A stretch of 64,000 bases of DNA from Saccostrea cucullata (Eukaryota): the NCBI RefSeq assembly GCF_032062105.1, contig NW_026922202.1, positions 1 to 64,000 of the forward strand, in the 5' to 3' direction. Positions 25,901 through 36,459 of the stretch are shown here, piece by piece; within the stretch, counting starts at the first letter, position 1; every line of letters starts with the position of its first letter. The translations under genes and the position numbers were made by a program. Below the pieces are notes generated by a model that worked only from the letters and a program-made list of their open reading frames with translations, was not told the DNA's origin and made no database searches.

Positions 25901-26066
25901 CTGGCATCTGTTTCAATCTGGCAAAAAAAAAAAGAAATTCAATTTTTTTTTGTACATATATAGACTAAATACATATGTGACAGTATTCATAGGAATGGAA
26001 TGGTCATATGATAAAGATGTGAAAGCGAATCACCTCTGACTGACACGGTGCTGCGTCTTCCTCCAT
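22914..26066 (-). CDS. IMD-like RHIM + death-domain adaptor, 183 aa; exons 26066-26034, 25917-25830, 25232-25071, 23182-22914 (or the 3' half of a RIPK1-like gene)
   Basis: All GT-AG junctions keep frame (33+88+162+269=552 nt); MEEDAAPCQSE|IETDARPG...; RHIM NIQIGDQNFMVV; C-terminal death domain (LSENLGKDYKKFCRRLGFKEVHIEQVE...ALQSIDRDDILEEL); AATAAA at 22809-22804. Confidence 0.8.
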
Positions 26067-27037
26067 GAAGTCTGGAATTGTCCTTGAAGATATTTTTACA
26101 GCTTGAAAGGATGAGATCCCTGTCAACTACAAACAACAATAGCTAGTGTATGAGAATATTTCCATACGTACCATGTATTAAACATGTTAAATGCAATGAA
26201 AAACTGAAAAAGAATAAAATGTTCATTACCCTCTCATATTACCTATACAATTTAAATAGCTTCTGTTCTGTGATTTATAGTTTTTGTTTCTAACTATATC
26301 AGAGACTTATATACCTAGTACTGATATGATAGAGGTCCTTGTTTATAATGAAAATGATCCCAGTCCTGGACTCGGAATTAAGATTGTTTTGCTGTCCTTT
26401 TAAACTAAAATGCTACAGCATAATAATTCCATGATGATCTTATATGTCTTACACATATCAATTTCATGTACATATTTTTGCTTAGATAGAATGTTCCATC
26501 GTTAAAATGATAAATGTCCTACGGACCCGGTTTGTCCCATGACACAGATTATTCTAACTAATTTTTGTTATGTCATATATGTAACAGACGGAATGCTGTA
26601 CAACCAGGTAGAAAGTGAGGAAAGAATAATTCAGCCCCTTTTAATACTAGGCCTACTTTTTTCTGTCAAGTAGCTTAATATTAACGGTTATTCTCTATTG
26701 AGAAATTGGTTCCTTGGGTGTAAATACTTGAACCTATTTTACCCCTTGGAGTTTGACCCACTTTTAAAAATCTTTAACTTTGGCCATATCTTTTTAAACA
26801 AAGTTGAAGGGGTTATTAAAAAGAGCCATCAACTTCTCAATAGAAAAATAGCTTAACGACACCAGGAAAGAAACCAAAAACATACAAAATTGTCGATTGT
26901 CATAATCTAAGAATCCTCCTTTCGTAATTCCTAAGTGTTTGGTGAATCAATAAAGAAATTGAATTGAATTGAAGTGCCAGTATTCACTCTCTAACAGGTC
27001 TTTCTGTGTTTACGGTGTCTAATTTAAATCTGTTTAC

Positions 27038-27135
27038 CTTAAAAAGATTGTGAAAATTTCCAGATCGCGCAAACCGAAAGTAGAATGGGAAGGCGGTAAA
27101 AGTAGTTCGTCAGAATGCTGGCGGTAAAACTAGTA
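27038..27135 (-). promoter_or_regulatory. Candidate promoter and non-coding first exon of the IMD-like gene
   Basis: CpG-richer patch; AAG|GTAAAC donor at 27038/27037; kB-like GGAAATTTTC (rc 27052-27061); ISRE-like AAACCGAAAGT (27071-27081). Confidence 0.55.
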
Positions 27136-27199
27136 ATCTTCATCCCTGTCTCAACTAATTTGCTTCGTTAGATTGTTTATTTTATTCTTAATGTCATAG

Positions 27200-28720
27200 A
27201 GTAGAGGATTGACCTTGCCTTGTATCCCCCCCCCAACTCTTTTAATGCTAAAATAAGATTTTCCAAATAGACTTTCTTAACATAAACAAGAGGTCCGTGG
27301 ACCTTAACAGTCACCTGAGTAGAATCCTGTCAATAAAGGATTGTGAGAATGGCAACTTGTAAAAGAAAATTAACTGATAGATGAAGATGAATTGCATAGG
27401 CGTCGGAACCGGGGGGCCGGGGGAGGGGGGGAGAGGCGTAGCCCACCGTACCGGGAGGTAGTGGCCAACTTTTCTCTCAAGGCCAACTTCCTTTCACTTC
27501 AAATGTTTTCCTATATTTCCTTGCTATAAATGTACTGTGGTGAAAAGTGGGGGGGGGGGTCAACCTTCTCTTTAATGGACATTTTCTATAGTTAAGGTAA
27601 TGTTCGGGAAAAAAGTGGGGGGGGGGGCAGGCCCCCCCCCCCCCCCCCCCCCCCCGGTTGTTACGTGCCTGTAATCGATATATAGTTTTTTTTCTCGTAA
27701 TAAAATAATAATAAAAAAACATTCATTTTGACCCAGGCTAAACTTAAACAAAGATTTTTAGTTCCTAAAAATCGACGTTCCTAAAAATTGACGTTCCTAA
27801 AAATTGATTTATTACTATAATATATTATATTATTTAATACATGATCGAATGGAACAATGTATGTAGGCTTAGAGTAGAGGATTGACATTGCCTTGTATCC
27901 CCCCCCCCCCCAACTCTTTTAATGCTAAAATAAGATTTTCCAAATAGACTTTCTTAACATAAATAAGAGGTCCGTGGACCTTAACAGTCACCTGAGTAGA
28001 ATCCTGTCAATAAAAGATTGTGAGAATGGCAACTTGTAAAAGAAAATTAACTGATAGATGAAGATAAATTGCATAGGCGTCGGAACCGGGGGGCCGGGGG
28101 AGGGGGGGGGGAGAGGCGTAGCCCACTTTTTTGCAAAAATAGACATTATATAGGCATTGAAAATTGGGATTTACCTTTTTTGTTGGTTTAGCCCCCCCCC
28201 CCCCCCACACTTTCAATTTGCTTCCGATGCCCATGAACTATATATGTACCGAGAGAAATGAGAAATATGACGTCGGGGATCAACAAAAAGTAGAGGATTG
28301 ACCTTGCCTTATATCCCCCCCACTCTTTTAATGCTAAAATAAGATTTTCCAAATAGACTTTCTTAACATAAACAAGAGGTCCATGGACCTTAACAGTCAC
28401 CTGAGTAGAATCCTGTCAATAAAAGATTGTGAGAATGGCAACTTGTAAAAGAAAATTAACTGATAGATGAAGATAAATTGCATAGGCGTCGGAACCGGGG
28501 GGCTAGGAGGCGGGGGGGGGGGGGGGGGGGGGCTTAGCCCCCCCCCCTCCGCTTTTTTTGCAAAAATAGACATTATATAGGCATTGAAAATTGGGATTTA
28601 CCTTTTTTGTTGGTTTAGCCCCCCCCCCCCCCCACCCACTTTCAATTTGCTTCCGATGCCCATGAACTATATATGTACCGAGAGAAATGAGAAATATGAC
28701 GTCGGGGATCAACAAAATGG
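27200..28720 (+). repeat. Near-identical tandem triplication
   Basis: AGTAGAGGATTGAC..CAAATAGACTTTCTTAACATAAA..GGACCTTAACAGTCACCTGAG restarts at ~27200, ~27873 and ~28289. Confidence 0.85.
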
Positions 28721-29182
28721 ATAGTATGGTAATCAGCAACAACTTGATCAGAATTAGTTCTTTTTACTTGCCTCTATGTAACGGAGCCATCTACACCAAA
28801 TTAACAATATTTTGATCTTTGAATAGCATTAAAAATACAAATAATTATATAATTAGGTATTTTATCTCAAGTGCATTCAGTCATTTATAAAGTCCAAGAC
28901 TCACTGCCTGACCCCGTAAAAATTACTAAAGTACGCTTTGTATCACTAGCATATAAGTACCTTTCAATATGCATTGTTTTTAAAATACTTTATTCAATGT
29001 AACTAATTGCAACATTATTTAGAATGATAAATTACCACATTTGAACAATAAAGGACAATGACTTCTCTTATTTCCAAACTTGATCATAATAGAAACCCAA
29101 CGACAAAAAAATAAATTAAATCTATCTCAATGGAGGAACACCTGTACGGTGCACAGGTGCTTGGGGACGGGACCCCCCTAGC

Positions 29183-30859
29183 GGCTAATTGTATTCGGCG
29201 CGTTGGCGCGCTCGCGCAACTAATTTGTTTATAAAATTTATCGCTTATACAGTTCGGGCTCGATATTTCACTTAATATTCTTCTACTAATCAAAGTACTG
29301 AAAGTACTAATAGGAGTTGAATTTAATACCGGGTAATATAATGTTTGACACCTTGTTCACAATTTTTTCAAAGTATGTTCATTTATGCTTGATAAGCAAG
29401 TTTGTGAGAATTAAAAAAAGAAAATGGCACGATTCTACAGAGTGAAAAAGGTAAGGTTTGTTTTGATCTCAACATAACCTGAGAATGATATGCCAAGTAG
29501 TGTAACTTTTTTTCTCTATTCATTTTTTTCAATAAATTAATAAGATATTTTACTGACCAAAACTTTGTTTGAAAGGGCTATTAAAAGCAAAGCCATTTCT
29601 GTAACTAGAGTTACTCTACATCCTCTAATAAAGAAAAGTTAATTTATCGTAGTAGTATTATTTTAAAACATAACTGGGAATCTTTTTCAAACACTGTTAC
29701 CAATGTATGGCAGCTTATTGCCATGAAAATCATGTCTTTAAAAAGGAGGTTAATAAAACTCCAGAGTCTAGGGTCATAACGTAATACTGGTAAATTTTAA
29801 TTTGTTACATTGGTGTCGAAAGCAAATTAAAGTGTGTGGGAAGGGGGGGGGGGGTAAGTGAAAGAGGAAAAATTCGAACCTGAAAAGTCTTAAAAAGAAA
29901 AGAAAGGGGGGTTTCTATTATCTAAACACGAAAATCCTATTTCGGGGGGGGGGGGTCGAACTTCCATTATCAATTTTTTTTCTTTCAAATACTACATGTA
30001 CCACTTACCCTTCTTCCACTTTACTGCAAAGTGCTTATTGAAAGGTGGGGGGGCTTAAACATACGCCATAAAGTTTAATACCTTCATGATATATAACTTT
30101 GCAAGCCCCCCTCCAGTTCCAACGCATGTGTTATACATAAAGTAAATTTATAAAAAACAAAGCACTAAATATTTTAAATGCTTTAGATAAAGTTTAATTT
30201 GAAGATGTGTATATATGTATAGAGAGAGACAAATCGAAAGTAGGCCAACTCAAAAAATGGGGTAAATTTTGGATTACTCTTGCACAGATTGTGGTAAGGT
30301 ATGCAGTGGTGGATCCGGGAAAATTTCTAAACGGGAGGGCGCGGTAGAAGGCAGGGGGTCTGTAGGCTGTACTGAAGCCCCAGCTGGGTCTAAGGCAAGG
30401 TCCTTTTGGGGGTCAGGGCTGACAAGTTTTTACAAATAAGAGATGTGTTTTCCCCTTTGTTTTAGGATATTGGACATATACATGTAACTTTAACATACAA
30501 AAATTTCAACCGGGGGGGGGGGGGGGCGGGATGCGCCTTTGGTATACATGGATCAAAGGGGATCCGGATCCCTGGAAAATTTAAAATTATTTAAACTGAC
30601 ATAATAAAATTACTAAAACTATGCCTCGGACCTCTTCCCCTTGCAACTTGAACCACCACCTCGTATGGAAAATTTTCTGGATCCACCTAACCCAAAAATA
30701 TAATCGGGCTCGGGCTGTCGACTTGAATATAAGCGATAAGGCTTAAATTATAAAGAAAATCCCTGTCATTTGAGTGTTTTAATGCAGGGTAAAAATACTT
30801 ATGCGATATTGGGATGAGATGGACGCGCTGGCGCGCCGACGCGCCGAATACAATTAGCC
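29183..30859. mobile_element. Non-autonomous TIR DNA transposon with an 8-bp TSD (Merlin- or hAT-like)
   Basis: 29-bp TIR GGCTAATTGTATTCGGCGCGTYGGCGCGC at both ends; TSD CCCCTAGC at 29175-29182 and 30860-30867. Confidence 0.85.
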
Positions 30860-31179
30860 CCCCTAGCTCCCCCCTTCCCAGTATTCAGTATACTCCTAGG
30901 GCTATTTAACTTGTTTAAATAAAATATTTTTGTACGACACATTCACAAAAAGGCTAGTTTTAGCTTAAATTTTGGATTTCTTACTGTAATACTTTTTGAA
31001 TATGTCATAGAAAAATAGTTTATTTAGAAAAGGTTAAAGATCCCTTGGGGTACGGAACACCAGAGGAGGGGGTGTACAATATGCGTGTGTATATGAAATA
31101 AGTCCGGTAACCGAATTTCCATACGAATCAGGTCAATTTATTTATATATTGTTTGTTAAAATCAATCATCAATCGAATG

Positions 31180-31602
31180 TCAAGTAGTCTCCTTGATTTC
31201 TATGTTCTGTTCTTGGCCTTCCTCTGTTGACTCTCGACTTGTCCCAATTCTTCTCTCCCCTGACTCAGATTTGCTGCTATCCCCGACGAAAGGAGAAGCA
31301 CCTTCCTGGATTGCTGTTTTTCTGAAGTTTTTTGATTGTTTATCTCTGTTGCGTTCTGTGTCCAAGGAGTTCTGGTCGTGTTCAGCTTTGATCGTGCTAA
31401 GCTTTATGAACTTTACTTTAGAGGGCGCTAAATTTTCTGTCGATTGTGTTTCCCTCTCTTCATTACAGGGATCGACATGAACTGAAGTTTTATTGTCTTC
31501 AACGATTTTATCTTCTGTTTCACTGGATGTAACTGTCGAAGATGCTGAGGACATTCTTGACAATGGAGAAAAGAGATGTCTTTTCCTTGAAAATATATCC
31601 CT
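31180..31602 (-). CDS. Orphan S/T/E-rich coding exon (141 codons from the acceptor; 124 aa from the ATG at 31554)
   Basis: TTCCAG| acceptor at 31603/31602, open to TGA; low-complexity charged sequence; parent gene uncertain. Confidence 0.45.
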   Translation of the reverse strand, partial: RDIFSRKRHLFSPLSRMSSASSTVTSSETEDKIVEDNKTSVHVDPCNEERETQSTENLAPSKVKFIKLSTIKAEHDQNSLDTERNRDKQSKNFRKTAIQEGASPFVGDSSKSESGERRIGTSRESTEEGQEQNIEIKETT

Positions 31603-32381
31603 CTGGAACATACAATAAATATAATTCAAAACAAATCGATACATATTAATTTTAATAGCCTACAGTTAAAAAAATACATGCAAAATTTTTTTTTTACAAA
31701 AAGTAATAATATAACCTCTTTTTTTCCTCCCTACAAAAATATATAGTTGACTTTAAAGAAATTAAGGGACTAGGAACAAAATGACCAAAATGTGAACTGC
31801 AATGATTTATTACCACCACCAAACCCCCCCCAATATTTGTGCAAATTGTGTCTTTGTTATATAATTTAATCTTCTACGTCAGCGTAATGTTTATATAGAG
31901 AAATTGCAGAAATGCCCACCATACATACAAACTACTGTATGAAAACGTCCAAGAAGTTGCGATTGATTATACATTCGGAATGTCTCGGTAATCAGCTTTC
32001 GTTTTCTGGTTATTTTGGCGGTTAGACTGTGCAGCGAGGTATAACAATAGTGAATAGAAGTTTAAAGCGTGCAGGTATGTGCATTTGTAATTCACAGAAT
32101 ATCCATTTAATGAGTTAGTCACTGCATAACGTCCCATAGCACTTTTGTTGACATTCGACATACTAAGTCTAACGTTATGTAGAGTTGTGTGTCAAACTGT
32201 TTCAAAACTATAAGTATAACCAATGGATACCGTTTATATTTTAGATTATAATTGCTTAATCTTCAAAAACCATCACAATGTACCATGTAGTTTTCCAGTG
32301 CATGATTTTATACCAGAAAATGTGATGTTATTTTCAGGAGCAGCAGGAGTTTTCTAAATTGAATGCAGCTTGCCCAGAGCC

Positions 32382-33599
32382 ATGAGCTTGATCAGTTTAC
32401 TTAGATGTGTAAAACAATCAAATGTACCAAAAGCATTGACTTTGTTTCAAAAGACTACATCTAACCATGCAAATAACAATCCATTCAAAACATTGACAGT
32501 GAATAGTTCCTTCAGTGTTGTTTCACAGAGATGTGCAGCTACGACTAATATATTAGCAAGCAAAAAGTCATCAAGTATTGAAATCTCCATTCCAGAACCA
32601 CCAAAACGCCCTTCAAGTTCCTACCTACTGTTTTTTAAGGATCATCATGATCAGGTTCAAGCAGAGCTTGATACAGACATGGGGGAAAAAGCCCCCAGTA
32701 CTCGGGTCATGGCTGAAATAGGAAAGCTGTGGAAATCTTTGCCTAAAGCCGAGGCACAAGTATACAAGGACAAAGCTAAAAAACTTTCTGAGGAGTATAA
32801 GAAGAAAAAGGAGGCATGGAAGGAAAATTTGACTCCATTACAAGAAGAAGTTATCCGTCAGCAAAAAATGGATCATGACGAAGCCTTAAACGAAAGAAAA
32901 CTCAAGAAACTGTTTAAAGAAACTGAAAAACCTCGGCGCCCCAAAAGAGCACAAGCCATCAACTTAATGGATAATGCAGACCTTGAATCACTATTGAAAG
33001 AGGGTGGTGGAGACCAGAAAGAAAAATTTACCAAGTATATCCACGCCAAAACTGAAAAGTGGAAATCACTGCCTGAAGAGGAAAAAGAAGCATTGAGGGA
33101 ACTTGCCAGTGAACAAAACAAGCAAGCAGAATCTAATTACCACAAGAAACTTGCTGAGTGGGTGCTGAGAATGTACGACGAAGGCATGCTGGATGCCGTG
33201 ACAAAAGAGGAAGCCAAAATAGTTCTGCATCAGCTGAATATGCCGAAAAAGAGAAGATCAGCCCTGCAGATTTTCCTAATGTCCGACATGGGAAAAGAAA
33301 TGGGTGTGACGGTGTCGACAGCCAAGGCGTTGTTTGATAGCCTCCCTAGTGGACAGAAGGAGCACTTCAACAATCTGTCTACAAACGATAAGAAAAGGGC
33401 AGAGAGGGAGTTTGATGAGTGGATGGATGAATTGAAAGGAAGAGATCTCGGAGAGTACGCTAAGGCACTAGTTAAAAAATCAAGGGCAATCAAATCATCT
33501 AGTGATAAAGTGAAGAAGGAAGAAAAAAAATCGAAAAAGAAAACCAAAGGAACTAAAGGAAAGTCAAAGGGGAAAAGTAGTGCAAAGAAAACAAAGTAA
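32382..33599 (+). CDS. TFAM: Mitochondrial transcription factor A-like HMG-box protein (single coding exon, ~405 aa)
   Basis: Basic, S/T-rich N-terminal presequence lacking acidic residues; HMG boxes starting PPKRPSSSYLLF, KPRRPKRA and MPKKRRSALQIF; Lys-rich tail; 5'UTR acceptor TTTTCAG at 32337; AATAAA at ~34852. Confidence 0.75.
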   Translation: MSLISLLRCVKQSNVPKALTLFQKTTSNHANNNPFKTLTVNSSFSVVSQRCAATTNILASKKSSSIEISIPEPPKRPSSSYLLFFKDHHDQVQAELDTDMGEKAPSTRVMAEIGKLWKSLPKAEAQVYKDKAKKLSEEYKKKKEAWKENLTPLQEEVIRQQKMDHDEALNERKLKKLFKETEKPRRPKRAQAINLMDNADLESLLKEGGGDQKEKFTKYIHAKTEKWKSLPEEEKEALRELASEQNKQAESNYHKKLAEWVLRMYDEGMLDAVTKEEAKIVLHQLNMPKKRRSALQIFLMSDMGKEMGVTVSTAKALFDSLPSGQKEHFNNLSTNDKKRAEREFDEWMDELKGRDLGEYAKALVKKSRAIKSSSDKVKKEEKKSKKKTKGTKGKSKGKSSAKKTK

Positions 33600-36459
33600 A
33601 TGACAAAACACAGTCTCATTACGAAAATCTTAAGGATGAGTAATATGTACTACAAATCTGTTCTACATTTATATACTAAAAACAACAGTTTGTACCTGTG
33701 AATATAATTTTGTATAAGATTAACCACATGTTTTGTTCACACAATTGGTATTGATTGAATATGTCACTTTTCCATATCTTTTCACATCTATCTTGAAGTT
33801 CATTTTATTTGATGTAAATGTCTTTTAAAAACTGTATTAGAGGATTTGTCTGATTGCCTTTTTCTGTCTTATACCTTTTTTATACTCTAAAATCTGGTAT
33901 CATTGGCATTATATATGTTTGGATATAAAGTGAGTCTGTTGAAATTTTTTTTTCTGTTGTATGTTTTGATATAGATTTTGTTTTTGTTGTACATGTAAGT
34001 TTGGATGTAAGGTTTGTTTTGTTTTGCAGCTTTGTTTGCGACTGCTAGTGCTGTGCATGTAGTAGTGGTTTACTTGTATACTCTATCATGTACATGTACA
34101 CGTCTTCTTTCTGAATGTGTATGTAATTTTGTAAATCATTTGGTCCGGTCATTGGGAAGTGGAGTAAACGAATGTAAAATTGATAAGATCTGAGATATGG
34201 TTGAATACAGAGTGAGATATTAAGGGTAATGTTCTTATCAAAGATCTGATTGTCATGACATCACATACCTGTAGTTTCATGAGAGCAAAATATTTGGAAG
34301 GTATGATTTTATGCAAAATACTAAGTATTTAAGTTAATAATAATTTTCATAATGATGAGACATGTTTTTTCTACTCATTTGTCTGTCTGTAATAGATTCT
34401 AGACTTCTTCCTCCAAAAACTGGCATGTTTTGAGCTAATTTTTGTTATGTGATCCAATCTTGATGAGTTACAGATTAACTTTGCATTTTTTTCTGCTTTG
34501 ACGGAATTTATACAGGCTAAATTCATTACAACACTACATGAAAATGTCCGTACCCAATTTGTTACCCATTTCACTCTGACTAAAATAGTTTCTGTATGTG
34601 TTTATGTTTGGAATTAGTCAATTGAAAATTAAGATGCTTTGAAAAATTATTTACAAATTGTTTTTTATTTTTTCTGATATTGTATGACAGAGTTAGAGAA
34701 ATTGATATTTGTAATGTTTGCTACATTATACGTACATTCTATGGAACAGTATTAAAAGAAGGTTGTATTTCTTGCCTTACAGTTTCAAGTTGATCATATG
34801 ATAGTATTATTACAGAAAAAAGGTGAATTTTTAAGTTTGTTAAAATACTGAAATAAAATTTAGTCTTCAAGTAAGTAAAATTTGTTCACAAGTGTAGCAT
34901 TTATTTGATTCTTTATGACTGTGGCAGAGAAATGATCACATATTAATTTTTCTTGAGTAATTGTTGCCTTGATCAATTTAGCTATGACGCAAACTCATTA
35001 TAAAAACCAAAGAATTTAAGCTATGCTGACGTTCAATAAGATTGTTGAAATTCATATAGTGCCAACTTATGTGCCTGTAGCCTTCCCCCAATTTTAGAGA
35101 TTGATTGTACTTGGGGCATGCTTTTAAGCATCAATTGAGTTTGAAAATGAATGCTTAATATACAGGTTATAGCTAGTGGAATATTACTACATATATGTAA
35201 GGAAAGCTGAGAAAAAAAGATGAAGTCATATTGTTTGTTAAACAATGTAGTTGTTAGTTGGAATTTATCATTTGTAATAGTCAGTAATCCATATATAAAA
35301 TGTGGAAAACTCTATGGTGACCTTTATTCATATCAATTCCAGTTAAGTAGGCTGTTTTGCACTACGTCTTGATCTTTTTAGACAGATGTTCCCAATGTAA
35401 ACAATTCACGCCCCAGCTGTGTGATTGGTCAACTCATTTTATGTCAACAATGACATGGAAATAGTCTGCTGCATGAGCAAGAATTCGGTAAGAGCTAGAC
35501 TACCAGTCATAACGCTTCCGGTTAGGAGGCGTGTACTATTTACCTCGAGCGCAGCTGTCATCATAGGTTGTGACCTAATGCAAAAGTGAAAATGGCACAC
35601 TACATTGGAATTACCGGGTATTGAATAATATTCAAGTTTATTGGAGTACATGTCCCGGTTTTGAGAACATATGAAAGTAACTTAACTAAATTAAATACAG
35701 ATTATATATGAGTAATGTGAAGAAACTCGAGCATCCTTTTTTAATGATATAGTAATTTTGTTTAAATAATTTTTTGGTGCATCAGTCCAACAAGTGATCT
35801 TTTTCTATCCATCATTGTGTGTTGCATGGCCATACGAACCGCTGGGAAGGAGGGGATAATTTTGCCGAGATATAGAACACCATAGAAAGCAGCTACATGT
35901 ACCATACACTTGTGCTCCGTCAATGATAATTAATGTCTGTTGACCTTTCATTTTCTTTTCTTTTTTTCAATGAATTTTTTTTAAGTTAAAAGTGCAGCCA
36001 ACTGAAAAATTATAGCTGCCCCTCCCCCGTTCAACGGAAATTAATAATTTTTTTGATTGTTATTGAGCTTGGTCATAATTAACACATGTACAAATTGTAC
36101 ATGTACTAGTGTTTAAAAACTAAATATCATAGAAGAGAAATCAGCAAATGTTCTTTAAAAAAATTCTTGATAAAAAATAATTAAGATCAATGTCTGAGAA
36201 CAGCAAGCAAATTCAACTTTTTATTATATTCTTTGATAAAATATTGAAGACCATTTGCTAATTTCAATCTCTTCCCGGACAAAGAAATATAGTAAAAAAA
36301 AAACCTTGTGTTTGTAATTTTCTTTATTAAATATTTTTTATGTAAGGTTACAGTCAAGTAAAATGCCAGAATCTTGCATCCCCAGCTATTTATACAATTT
36401 TACACAAATGAGAACATGTACATGCCAAACAAAGTTAGACAACTCTTCAGAAGAATTCC

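Noticed and set aside
27477-28742. Gly/Pro-rich short ORFs
   Set aside because: They arise from G/C homopolymers in repeat fragments within the triplication
32370-32381. TTG start given by the ORF track for TFAM
   Set aside because: Eukaryotic gene; the ATG at 32382 (GCCATGA) is the plausible start
32873-33619. Minus-strand Phe/Ser-rich ORFs
   Set aside because: Reverse complement of the Lys/Glu-rich TFAM codons
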